This document shows positions 1 to 8,938 of a DNA stretch of 64,000 nt, one piece after another. This DNA comes from an uncultured delta proteobacterium. Lineage in GTDB: Bacteria; Desulfobacterota; Desulfobacteria; Desulfobacterales; SG8-13. The notes beneath the pieces are model-generated. The model was not told the origin of the DNA and searched no databases. It was given only the letters and a program-made list of their open reading frames with translations. The position numbers and the translations under genes are program-made. Positions within the stretch are counted from its first letter, which is position 1, and every line of letters starts with the position of its first letter. The stretch is taken from the NCBI GenBank assembly GCA_963848135.1, contig CAWKCK010000018.1, forward strand, positions 76,938 to 140,937, in the 5' to 3' direction.

Positions 1-219
1 ATCGACTTTAAGCTTATACTTGCTGAGCCATTTTTCTTTTTCAGCAGGATCGGGAAAATAATCTTCTTCCGGTTGGCGGATGACGTGCAGGATTAATACG
101 TTGAAACCTTCAACACCTTCCAGGAGTCCGCCCACATAGGCGACCGCCCGGCGGGCGTTATCCGACTCGTCTACGGCAATCAGGATATTTTTGTTAAACA
201 TTTCCTCGTTACCGAACAT
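1..219 (-). CDS. Universal stress protein (UspA family), N-terminal part, truncated by window edge
   Basis: Manual translation MFGNEEMFNKNILIAVDESDNARRAVAYVGGLL...VLILHVI matches the USP N-terminal ILxAVDxS motif; GGAGG RBS upstream. Confidence 0.85.
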   Translation of the reverse strand, partial: MFGNEEMFNKNILIAVDESDNARRAVAYVGGLLEGVEGFNVLILHVIRQPEEDYFPDPAEKEKWLSKYKLKVD

Positions 220-365
220 GCCTAACCCTCCTTAAGACTTGGATACTGTAATTAAAATTTATTTGATCATTGATATTAGTAATTTATTTAAGATTTGGTG
301 TTTGCGTTTTGCTGTTTCCGGTTTATCCGGGTTAGGTTAAAGTCGTCATATACGTAGTAGTCAAT

Positions 366-1328
366 TTAAGGTTTAAACTCCCCCAAATCATCCAGCAACT
401 GTAACGTGTTTTCATAAAACCAGTTGGCACTCTTTGAAAAATGCATCAATACCCGGTTGAGGGTTTCGGGTATGTAAGGGTAAATCTTTTTGAGATTGGC
501 CACACGGTTGTGGAACACGATATTGACATCCTCTTGCCTAAGTGCCTGCAGGGCCGGGTGGTCTTGTTTCTTCATTTCCGGTACCAACACATCTCCCATA
601 CCCACCAAAAATACCAAAACGTTACCCAGGCCAAAGAGGTCGAAGCCGTATATATTTTCCCGGTGACGGTAATTAAAGTCGAAATCGATCCAGCGGTACC
701 GTCCGCTATGGCGGTCTATCAGAATATGATCGCGCCGGATATCCCCGTGCTTTTCGCCATGTTCGTGAAGAAAACGGATGGCCTCGATGCATTCAATAAA
801 GTTTTTTAGAATGCCAGGGAACTGCTCATAGAAATAGGTTTGATGGCCAAGATTCATATTCTCCACATGGCTATGGAGGGTATTTCCGGCGATAAAATCG
901 AGCACGCGAACGAGATTGCCCTCTTTATCCTCGATCCAATATCCATGCATGAAGTTTTTATGGCCGGCGACCAAATCCAGGATACGGGCCTCTTTTTTAG
1001 GGCTGCGAAAGCACTCGAATTCGATGCCGCCGATATGGGATGTATATTTTTCGTAAAAGACGAGTTTGATGACCTTCAGGCTGCCGCTTTTAAGGTCAAT
1101 GGCGCGCTTTACCCAAAATTTGACCTCGTCATCAACCCCAAACCGCCCTTCTTTGGCATTATGACGAATGAGATAGGGCCTGTCGCCAAGAACAACCACA
1201 TCACCATATTCCACACGAAAATAATCCGTGGTGTCTGTATGAATTCGGAAACGGTGGACGTCCCGGGAGGGAAGAAGCCATCGGGAAGCCATTTGCCGAA
1301 GCTCCTCCTGAGATAGAGGTGCTGTCAT
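366..1328 (-). CDS. Atypical Ser/Thr protein kinase-like protein
   Basis: VIK lysine, KEARIL alphaC Glu, HGDIRRDH catalytic loop, WIDFD (DFG equivalent), DLFGLG. Confidence 0.75.
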   Translation of the reverse strand: MTAPLSQEELRQMASRWLLPSRDVHRFRIHTDTTDYFRVEYGDVVVLGDRPYLIRHNAKEGRFGVDDEVKFWVKRAIDLKSGSLKVIKLVFYEKYTSHIGGIEFECFRSPKKEARILDLVAGHKNFMHGYWIEDKEGNLVRVLDFIAGNTLHSHVENMNLGHQTYFYEQFPGILKNFIECIEAIRFLHEHGEKHGDIRRDHILIDRHSGRYRWIDFDFNYRHRENIYGFDLFGLGNVLVFLVGMGDVLVPEMKKQDHPALQALRQEDVNIVFHNRVANLKKIYPYIPETLNRVLMHFSKSANWFYENTLQLLDDLGEFKP

Positions 1329-1397
1329 TTTGGGCGATTACCTAGGGCAAGAAGTCTCTAAATTTAAGAGAAATATGTGAGAGTTTAGGTCTATACC

Positions 1398-1426
1398 AAC
1401 TTAATGAAAATAGCCTCGGGTGTCAA
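1398..1426 (-). promoter_or_regulatory. Sigma70-type promoter for kinase-usp genes
   Basis: Minus strand TTGACA-N17-TAAGTT about 70 bp upstream of the kinase start. Confidence 0.55.
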
Positions 1427-1551
1427 GGCATGGGATGGTCACCTATGTCGCGTTTTACGATTTCGCAATTTTTCGGACAATTTTCACCAACTCACTCTTC
1501 TCCCATGTCTTCATAGCAAAAGCCCGGATCCTATTTTCAACCCCTTGTTCG

Positions 1552-1895
1552 TTATTGATCCGTCTGGTTAGGGCGGAAGCCAGGATCGCCTATCACGTCA
1601 GGTATTGGTATAAACTTGTTGCATCGGCTTTTTCACTACGTTACCACTACCGGGCAGTACCCGGTTGGCAGCGTTGAAGGTGCATGATTTGAGAAATTCA
1701 TTGAAAATTCCTTAGAGAGGGAGGTATTATCAAAAAACACGTGAAAAAGGGTTCAGACGGGTCTGAAAAACGAATCGGTAGGGTCTTAAACGGTTTCACG
1801 TCTCTTTCGACCCTTCAAACCAAAACAAAAGCATCGAAAACACGGAATAAGGTTTGTGGAACCTCTTTTTGGGGGAAGTCATCGCATAATCCAGG
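1552..1895 (+). mobile_element. IS1380-family remnant (transposase C-terminus, 3' non-coding region and probable right inverted repeat)
   Basis: LLIRLVRAEARIAYHVRYWYKLVASAFSLRYHYRAV* resembles a degenerate IS1380 transposase C-terminus; ends in TCGCATAATCCAGG (revcomp CCTGGATTATGCGA), like the CC(T/C)(A/G)GATT IS1380 termini. Confidence 0.6.
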
Positions 1896-2055
1896 CTTTA
1901 AGAACTTTACGCTTTACCGGAAAAAACTGGTCTACAAAACGACATGCTCTAACTTATCCCGTAGCGGTGAGGTAGCCCAAACCACAGACAGTGTATATCG
2001 CCCATGGCGTATACTCTGTCTGTGCCTGTCCAGGAAACGCTCAGGAAGGAAGCCC

Positions 2056-3801
2056 ATGCGATTGAGAGCTTTGGCCCTTGATTACGACGGGACGATCGCC
2101 CAGCACGGGAAACTCCACCATGATGTCCGCAGCGCAATTGAGGAAGCGCGCGGTCAAGGCATCGCCGTGATCCTTGTCACCGGCCGAATCCTGAAAGACC
2201 TTCGACGTGTGGCTGTTGACCTGGATTTCCTCGACGCCGTGGTGGCCGAGAACGGTGCGGTCCTGGTATTTCCCGAAAAGAGCAGGACAATGATCCTGAC
2301 ACATCCGCCTCCTCCCGTTCTGATTGAGGAATTAAGACGGCGAGACATCCATGCCGTTGCCGGCGAATGTATAATCGAGGCGGATGCAAGCCATGCTCAG
2401 TGCATCCTGGAAGTCATCCGTGAGTTGGAGCTGCCCCTCGCCATCACGTTCAACCGCAGCCGGCTCATGGTCCTTCCCCTTTCCGTCAGCAAGGCGACGG
2501 GTCTTCATAAGGCGTTGTCCTTCTTTCGACTGTCACCGCACAACACCATTGCAATCGGAGACGCAGAGAACGACCACGCGATGCTGGATCTGTGTGAGAT
2601 CGGCCTTGCAGTACAGTGGGGCAGCCCGGCCCTCAAAGCGGTGGCCGACGAGGTCCTCGAGGGACCCGGCCCGGGGGCTATCGCCGCATACATACGAAAA
2701 ATTTCCGCCGAACCAAGGCTTCCCAAGGTGCACAGGCGGCGAAAAATGCTGCTGGGTTTCGTAGAGGATGGCAAGCCGCTCTACCTTGAAGTGAGAGGGC
2801 GGAACATTCTAATAACAGGTGACTCAGGATCAGGGAAATCGTGGCTCGCAGGACTGCTCTGCGAGCAGCTTATCCTGCAAGATTATAGCGTTTGCGTTAT
2901 CGATCCCGAAGGGGATTACTCACCTCTAGAAGACCTACCAGGAGTCGTGGTCCTCAGGGAAGAGTGCGGGCCGAACTTCGAAAACCTTGAGCAGGTATTC
3001 CGCTACCCAGAGTCGAGCATAGTCGTCGACCTCTCGAAGATGTCTCCGGTGAAGCGCCTCGAATACGTTCCAGCCCTATTGGAGAAGCTCGGCGCCCTTC
3101 GCCGTCAGACAGGATTGCCGCATCGCATCTTTGTGGATGAGGCACACTATTTCCTCTACGGGCCAGAGGCCCACCACGTGCTGGACCTCGAGATGGCCTC
3201 ATATACGCTCGTTACCTTCCAGGCATGCCGGATGGATCCCTCGGTGGTGCATGCTTCCGAGGCGATCATCATTACCCGAAAGAGCGATCCTGCCGAAGCC
3301 AGCCGTCTTCATTCACTTCTCGGCGGCCAAGGTAGCGACATGGAATGGCAAGCGTTCCTGGGGTCCCTGAAGTCGAATGAAGCCGCCCTGCTTCAATGCA
3401 CCGACGAATCGAAATGCCGACTAAGCAGCTTCCGGATCGCATCGCGGCTGACGTCCCACATCCGCCACCGCCACAAGTACCTGGACGCTCCCGTTTCCCC
3501 AAAAGAAGCTTTCATATTTACTTCCCAAGGAGGGCTGGCGGTCCGGTGCGCCAACAGTCTGACGGAGTTTATAACCTTGGTTTCGGCTTGTTCTTCGGAA
3601 GTCCTGAAGAATCACATGCGGCGCCACGACTTTTCGCGATGGATCCGGGATGTTTTTCGGGACCTTCCATTGGCGTCGCAGGTTCACGAATTAGAGATGC
3701 GGTATCACATCATGCGTGACTCTGAAATCAAGGTGTCCCTAAAGAAGTTGATCAAGGATCGATACATGCGCAAAACTCGATCAGTATTGGCCACAAACTG
3801 A
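2056..3801 (+). CDS. HAD-IIB phosphatase fused to HerA/DUF87-like P-loop ATPase and DUF5752-like C-terminal domain
   Basis: LALDYDGT, VTGR, SKATG, IGDAEND (HAD motifs); GDSGSGKS, IDPEGDY, FVDEAH (ATPase); HDFSRWIRDVF tail; AGGAAGG RBS before ATG 2056. Confidence 0.85.
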   Translation: MRLRALALDYDGTIAQHGKLHHDVRSAIEEARGQGIAVILVTGRILKDLRRVAVDLDFLDAVVAENGAVLVFPEKSRTMILTHPPPPVLIEELRRRDIHAVAGECIIEADASHAQCILEVIRELELPLAITFNRSRLMVLPLSVSKATGLHKALSFFRLSPHNTIAIGDAENDHAMLDLCEIGLAVQWGSPALKAVADEVLEGPGPGAIAAYIRKISAEPRLPKVHRRRKMLLGFVEDGKPLYLEVRGRNILITGDSGSGKSWLAGLLCEQLILQDYSVCVIDPEGDYSPLEDLPGVVVLREECGPNFENLEQVFRYPESSIVVDLSKMSPVKRLEYVPALLEKLGALRRQTGLPHRIFVDEAHYFLYGPEAHHVLDLEMASYTLVTFQACRMDPSVVHASEAIIITRKSDPAEASRLHSLLGGQGSDMEWQAFLGSLKSNEAALLQCTDESKCRLSSFRIASRLTSHIRHRHKYLDAPVSPKEAFIFTSQGGLAVRCANSLTEFITLVSACSSEVLKNHMRRHDFSRWIRDVFRDLPLASQVHELEMRYHIMRDSEIKVSLKKLIKDRYMRKTRSVLATN

Positions 3802-4142
3802 AAAGTTCTTATGAGTTATGGTCCAACGCGAACCGTAATCAGTGGCCTAATATCCGCTTTATGAAAAACACCCCCTTCTTATCGTAGCATAACAGCCCAC
3901 TATCCTTTATATTATACCCTTTCTGCGTCGTGCTGATAAATGATAGAAATGTTTAAGTTAAAAACCTCAAATCAATCACCTTTTGATATGGGTAATTTAT
4001 ACCGTCGAACCTTTTAAATTCCTCTTCACTACAAGAAAAGTCTATTTGGGCAGCAAAATTTACGAATATGATTATCGCATCCTGCACCATTAACTTTACT
4101 AATTGAAACGTTTTCGAATTTGTCACCCTCTCTGGTGCCTTT

Positions 4143-4180
4143 ATTATAATATGCGATCTCTGTGTGAGAATCTGTGTGAG
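4143..4180. repeat. Left copy of 31-bp imperfect direct repeat with tandem TCTGTGTGAG motifs
   Basis: 4143-4173 matches 11102-11132 at 28/31; TCTGTGTGAG at 4159 and 4171. Confidence 0.8.
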
Positions 4181-4230
4181 TAAATTTTTCCAAAATCGAC
4201 TAAACCGTGTAATATTTACAAATTAGAAAC

Positions 4231-4407
4231 GGCGCGCTGGCAGGTAGCCGTCTGGCCCGGGCCCGCTGTGACACCATCCGCTTGAAGCTTCTTAAAATCG
4301 GTGCGTTGGTTATCCGTAACACCCGTCGGGTTCGGGTGTTGTTATCCAGTTCTTACCCGATGCAGGAGTTGTTTTTGAAAGTATCCAAACGTCTCAGCAC
4401 CATCTGA
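4231..4407 (+). mobile_element. IS1380-family transposase C-terminal fragment (pseudogene)
   Basis: ALAGSRLARARCDTIRLKLLKIGALVIRNTRRVRVLLSSSYPMQELF is the typical IS1380 C-terminal motif; no start codon, in-frame stop at 4210. Confidence 0.8.
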
Positions 4408-4642
4408 GAACTGGCGGTTTGGAGAAAATTGAGCCTTATCATTTACTGTCGCAGGTGGCGTTTGTCCAATTTTGATATTAGAGAAGTATTTTGAGGTGTC
4501 TAAAATCCTTCTGTCGCAGAAATTGCTGTTTTTAAGGTGCCTGGTTTTTGCAATGGAGCATTTTGCCTTCTGGATATTCACACTTCCGTATTAAGACCGA
4601 AGGTGTCCAATAAAAAACGATGAAACAAAACGATCTACAAGT

Positions 4643-5068
4643 CTACCGGACGCGATAAACCTTTTTCCATGGTTGCTTCTTGATGCTGTTGTAATCGGCG
4701 AGGGCGCGATACAAAGCGCCCACCGCGAGTTCGGCACAATGGAAGTGTTCCGCCGGCAGGGTTTCCAGGAAATTAATGACAGCCTCCGGAGTGTTTTCCC
4801 AAGCTTCGTTGATTGTTTTTCCTTCTACCAAGAATGAAACGGTGTTGGCGCAGGCGTTGGTATGCAGGCAGCCGTTGGTTTGATAAGCAACCGACTGGAT
4901 AATCCTTTCACGGACGATCAGGTAAACTTCGACGGTATCTCTGCAAGCACCGGTATGCTTCCCATAACCATCCGGGTGTTCGATGGTTTCGCGGCGATCG
5001 GAACGCAAAGCCATTTCGAGAAATTGTCTTGAGTGATCCTGCCAGAAATCAAAGCTTTTTCCGGTCAT
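4643..5068 (-). CDS. NifU/IscU N-terminal-like Fe-S scaffold protein
   Basis: GACRDT, GC..TNAC, HCAELA cysteine motifs. Confidence 0.8.
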   Translation of the reverse strand: MTGKSFDFWQDHSRQFLEMALRSDRRETIEHPDGYGKHTGACRDTVEVYLIVRERIIQSVAYQTNGCLHTNACANTVSFLVEGKTINEAWENTPEAVINFLETLPAEHFHCAELAVGALYRALADYNSIKKQPWKKVYRVR

Positions 5069-5118
5069 TTTACGAATACATGCCCACCAAAGAAGTCAAA
5101 AACGAGAAGAATTTGCCT

Positions 5119-5221
5119 TATACGGCTTTTGAAAAAATAAACCCCGAAATTCGGAAGGGTGGTATAAGTGGTTGGTGAAAAAACAGTTCGAATAACGGAA
5201 CGGTTATTGACAACCGCTATA
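5119..5221. repeat. MITE-like dispersed repeat, copy 1 (~100 bp)
   Basis: Aligns along its length with 49800-49900, including identical TCGAATAACGGAACG; TATA(G)CGG-like inverted ends. Confidence 0.7.
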
Positions 5222-5243
5222 AACCGGCCGGGAGCGTATGGCG

Positions 5244-6110
5244 TTAACTCTTTATATTCTCCAGCACGCCTTCCCATATTGATTTTACCGCTTTTCCCGC
5301 CGCGGTTGTTGAGTCGTATTCGAAAATCGTCTGGCCCTGAACCATGGCGTGGGTGAATACCGGGTCGAAAGGAATGTTTCCCACCATGGTCAAACCATTT
5401 TGCAACGCATGGGATTGTATTCTTTGGGTCATTTCCGTGTTGAGATCGTGCTTATTCACACTGACCATGGCCGGTATGTTAAAGTGAGCGGCCAGCTCCA
5501 CGACCCGCTGCATGTCGTGTATGCCCGACACTGTCGGCTCGGTAACGATCAGCACGGCGCTCGCGCCGCCAATGGCGGCAATGACCGGGCATCCGATACC
5601 CGGTGGACCATCTGTGATAATGAGGGGAAATTCCAATTTTTCAGCAATTTTTCTGGCTTCCTGACGGACCAGGTTCACCAACTTGCCCGAATTTTCCTCG
5701 GCAATCCCCAGACGTGCGTGTACCATCGGTCCAAACCGGGTGGAAGACATAAACCATTGGCCGCAGGTATTCAATGGAAAATTCACTGCCTTCTCAGGGC
5801 AGAAATGATGGCACACACCGCAACCCTCGCAGGCCGTCTTATCCACCACGAAGTCGTCGCTGATGGCCTCAAAGAGGCAGAGATCTTTACATATCCCGCA
5901 GCTTGTGCATTTTTCGCTGTCAATGATGGCTGTATGACCGGATTGAAAATCATGGCGCTCTTTAACATCGGGGGCCATGATCAAGTGAAGATCGGCCGCG
6001 TCGACGTCGGCGTCGCAAAGAACCTTGTTCTGGGACAACGCGGCAAAGGCGGATACAAGACTGGTTTTTCCCGTCCCCCCTTTTCCGCTGACAACAATCA
6101 ACTCTTTCAT
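5244..6110 (-). CDS. MinD/Mrp-type P-loop ATPase with inserted 2x[4Fe-4S] ferredoxin
   Basis: SGKGGTGKT, DADVDAADL, two CxxCxxCxxxC motifs, DGPPGIGC; AGGAG RBS before ATG 6110. Confidence 0.9.
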   Translation of the reverse strand: MKELIVVSGKGGTGKTSLVSAFAALSQNKVLCDADVDAADLHLIMAPDVKERHDFQSGHTAIIDSEKCTSCGICKDLCLFEAISDDFVVDKTACEGCGVCHHFCPEKAVNFPLNTCGQWFMSSTRFGPMVHARLGIAEENSGKLVNLVRQEARKIAEKLEFPLIITDGPPGIGCPVIAAIGGASAVLIVTEPTVSGIHDMQRVVELAAHFNIPAMVSVNKHDLNTEMTQRIQSHALQNGLTMVGNIPFDPVFTHAMVQGQTIFEYDSTTAAGKAVKSIWEGVLENIKS

Positions 6111-6174
6111 TCGGTTAACTCCTGTTTGCGGCATCACATTCTGGATGTAATCTGAAGTATATATCTCCGGAATT

Positions 6175-7020
6175 TCAGCCGTGCTGAACTATTTCGTTTA
6201 TGTGTTGATAAAGATCCAGAAACTTTTCCTTGTATTCCGGCAACGCGTGAACAATCATTTCACCGTTTGAATATGCTTCGGCGATCCGGCGATCAAACGG
6301 GATCACCATTAAGATCGGCAAGCCGACTCGATGCGCATAGTCGCGCACCTTATCATCGCCCAGACCCATGCGGTTGACGACCAGCCCGGAGGGAATGTTC
6401 AGGGTTTGTACCGCTTCGAACGCCAGTTTCAAGTCATGCAGGCCAAACGGTGTGGGCTCGGTCACCAGCAATACGAAATCCGTATCACGCATGGATGCGA
6501 TGACCGGACAAGACGTACCGGGCGGTGCATCGATGATGGTCAGCTTGTCCGGATTGGCGTAAGACCGCACCTTCTTGATCAGCGGTGGTGCCATGGCTTC
6601 ACCGACCCTCAGGCGCCCGTGAACGAATTCAAGTCGGCCGTGATGACCGCATTCGATGGATCCGATTTCACGTTCTCCCTTCATGATGGCATCAACCGGG
6701 CAAACCTCCCAACATCCTCCGCAGCTATGGCACAGTTCCGGAAAAGTCAAGATGGCTGTGTCGGGCATGACGGCAATGGCCTTGAACTGACATAGCGCAC
6801 CGCATTCTCCGCAAAAGGTGCATTTTTTTTCATCAATTTCCGGAACCGAAACGGTAACACGCTCTTTTGGGTCAAATTCGGGCCGGACAAACAAATGGGC
6901 ATTGGGTTCCTCAACGTCACAATCGAGCAGCTGAACGCCTTTTTCAATCGTCATGGCCAGATTGGTGGCGACTGTGGTTTTGCCGGTACCCCCTTTCCCG
7001 CTGGCTATACTGATAATCAT
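6175..7020 (-). CDS. MinD/Mrp-type P-loop ATPase with inserted 2x[4Fe-4S] ferredoxin
   Basis: SGKGGTGKT, DCDVEEPN, two CxxCxxCxxxC motifs, DAPPGTSC. Confidence 0.9.
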   Translation of the reverse strand: MIISIASGKGGTGKTTVATNLAMTIEKGVQLLDCDVEEPNAHLFVRPEFDPKERVTVSVPEIDEKKCTFCGECGALCQFKAIAVMPDTAILTFPELCHSCGGCWEVCPVDAIMKGEREIGSIECGHHGRLEFVHGRLRVGEAMAPPLIKKVRSYANPDKLTIIDAPPGTSCPVIASMRDTDFVLLVTEPTPFGLHDLKLAFEAVQTLNIPSGLVVNRMGLGDDKVRDYAHRVGLPILMVIPFDRRIAEAYSNGEMIVHALPEYKEKFLDLYQHINEIVQHG

Positions 7021-7460
7021 GCACTGCCTCCTCTTCGACCACCGCCGCCCATGCCTCTGCCGCCGCCCATGCCTCTGCCGCCACCCAGCCCCTGACCGCC
7101 GGTTCCGGCATGCAGAGGCGCATTTGCCGCGGTGGACGAGTCCATTTCACCCTTTTGGCAGGCTTTGACAAGATCTTTGATCGTGCCGGCTTGGCCGGTA
7201 TACAGGATGATGCCGGCCGCATTCAAGGTTTGCACGGCATTGGGACCGCAATGTCCGGTAATGAGTGCTTCGGCCCTTTGGGAAGAAATAAACTGGGCTG
7301 ATTGAATGCCGGCACCGCCGCCGAGCATGGCGTTTTTGTTTTCTATGACCTCAAAGCTCATGTCCTCGGAGTCGACGATGAGAAAATAGGCGCATCTACC
7401 GAACCTGGGATCGAGTTGGGCATTAAGGTCTTTTCCGGACGAACTGACTGCGATTTTCAT
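7017..7460 (-). CDS. NifB/NifX family (Orange-protein-like) with Gly/Arg-rich tail
   Basis: MKIAV..DPRFGRC..GAGIQ..GPNA; GGGRGM repeats. Confidence 0.85.
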   Translation of the reverse strand: MKIAVSSSGKDLNAQLDPRFGRCAYFLIVDSEDMSFEVIENKNAMLGGGAGIQSAQFISSQRAEALITGHCGPNAVQTLNAAGIILYTGQAGTIKDLVKACQKGEMDSSTAANAPLHAGTGGQGLGGGRGMGGGRGMGGGGRRGGSA

Positions 7461-7586
7461 TTTTCATTCCTCCTGTGTTTTCAATTACGGCTTTCTATCC
7501 GCATTCGGCATTTGATGTATGAAAGCCCCATCTGTTGTGCGTATTAAATCGGTGCCTTGGCCGGATGGCTGCCAGAAAAATGCGGG

Positions 7587-7919
7587 CTAGTGGTCGCAGA
7601 TATTTGTGTTGGTCTGCAGGGTATTATCCAGATAACTGCGGACCAGGGTTTCCGGTTCCAGCGCCGGCGCACCGATGAAGACTTCAATATTTCGCTCCTG
7701 AAACAAACTGATGGCGTGTTGGCCCATCCCCCCGGCGATGATCACATTGGCCCCCAGCTCGCCGAGCCATTGGGGAAGAACGCCTGGTTCATGGGGCGGA
7801 GGAACGATCACCTCAGTTTTTTTTATCTCGTTGTCCTCTACCTCGATTAAGGCAAATTCTTGGCTGTGGCCAAAATGAGCGGTTAATTTTCCTTCTGCCA
7901 ACGGTATCGCAAATTTCAT
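7587..7919 (-). CDS. NifB/NifX family protein
   Basis: HFGH, PPPHEPG, IAGGMG, C-terminal N.CDH. Confidence 0.85.
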   Translation of the reverse strand: MKFAIPLAEGKLTAHFGHSQEFALIEVEDNEIKKTEVIVPPPHEPGVLPQWLGELGANVIIAGGMGQHAISLFQERNIEVFIGAPALEPETLVRSYLDNTLQTNTNICDH

Positions 7920-7986
7920 AATTCCCCTCCTGAGTGTTTATCTTGGCTCGAAAGCTTCTCAGCCGATTGCGTTTCGTGGTAACAGA

Positions 7987-8349
7987 TCAAACCCAGTGAC
8001 CTTCCACATTAGCTTCTTCTGCATGTGAGAGTTCACCTTTTTTATAGCGCTCGATGGCCTCATCAATGCGCCCCCCGTCACCGATAACAACCTTAATTTT
8101 TGCGGCTTTCAGAACTTTAAATGCTTTCGGCCCGCAGTTGATGGTTATCAAGACATCGGGCGCGTGAGCAGCAATCGACCGGGCAGCCTGAATTCCGGCG
8201 CCTTGGGAAAGATCCAGATTCTGACTGTTTTCCACGACTTCAAAATCCATGGTGTCCGGATCAATGACCAGAAATTGTTCCGCGCGACCGAAACGTGGAG
8301 CAATTTCCGCGGATAAATTTTGACCTGCAGTCGGTACCACAATCTTCAT
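7987..8349 (-). CDS. NifB/NifX family protein
   Basis: RFGRA, QGAGIQAA, CGPKAF, ANVEGHW. Confidence 0.85.
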   Translation of the reverse strand: MKIVVPTAGQNLSAEIAPRFGRAEQFLVIDPDTMDFEVVENSQNLDLSQGAGIQAARSIAAHAPDVLITINCGPKAFKVLKAAKIKVVIGDGGRIDEAIERYKKGELSHAEEANVEGHWV

Positions 8350-8370
8350 GAGAACAGCCCCCCTTTCATG

Positions 8371-8442
8371 TTATGAGTATATTCTCATAATAGGGCCGCG
8401 GCCTCGTTCCGTCAAGTAAATATTTTTGGCATATGCTCATAA
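8371..8442. promoter_or_regulatory. Two palindromic operator-like sites in divergent promoter region
   Basis: TTATGAGTATATTCTCATAA (8371-8390) and TTTTTGGCATATGCTCATAA (8423-8442). Confidence 0.7.
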
Positions 8443-8505
8443 TAAAATTGGCAGCCGGATGAAGGGAACTATATTATGATCAAATGATCAAAAAGAACTT
8501 TACCT

Positions 8506-8868
8506 ATGACACGACGGAAAAACCACGATGCGTATCCACTTATCCTCTAACGGCATCGTTCGTTCCGAGGGGAATCCCTGTGCTCGGTGAGCTCCATCTG
8601 ACGCTGGAAGAACTCGAAGCCATCCGTCTCAGTGACGTTGAAGGTCTGGATCAGCAAGCAGCGGCAGATCTGATGGAGGTATCCCGCCAGACTTACGGCC
8701 GGGTATTGTCCAGAGCCAGAAACATCGTCGGAAGCAGGGCAAACAATTAAGATCGGCGGCGGCGTATTCAAGGTCCGCGGGGCGCAAAGGCGCTGCCGCA
8801 GAAGGGGAAACAGAAGGACGAAGAATCCTGACGCCCGCCACTGCAGCGAGCAGCTTTTCGGCCAATGA
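8506..8868 (+). pseudogene. DUF134 (UPF0251) sigma4-like HTH regulator, frameshifted
   Basis: Core LTLEELEAIRLSDVEGLDQQAAADLMEVSRQTYGRVL is intact, but start MTRRK (8506) and tail GQTIKIGGG lie in a different frame. Confidence 0.75.
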
Positions 8869-8872
8869 ACGC

Positions 8873-8894
8873 GGGGCGGCCTGCTGGCCGCCCC
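8873..8894. other. GC-rich hairpin after DUF134 gene
   Basis: GGGGCGGCC-TGCT-GGCCGCCCC perfect 9-bp stem. Confidence 0.5.
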
Positions 8895-8938
8895 ATCGAT
8901 TCCATTTTCAAGCCACCGTTATCAAACGGGAGACCATC

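Noticed and set aside
1606..1624. Sigma54-like TGGTAT...TTGCA
   Set aside because: GG-GC spacing is 12 rather than 10, and it lies within a transposase relic
1741..2055. 105-aa N-terminal extension of the HAD ORF
   Set aside because: Overlaps the IS1380 non-coding end; RBS and HAD motif I point to ATG 2056
5349..6155. 268-aa plus-strand ORF
   Set aside because: Antisense shadow of the Fe-S ATPase with no motifs
7030..7100. 18-bp tandem repeat
   Set aside because: Encodes the ordinary GGGRGM tail of the NifX-like protein; not a CRISPR or regulatory array
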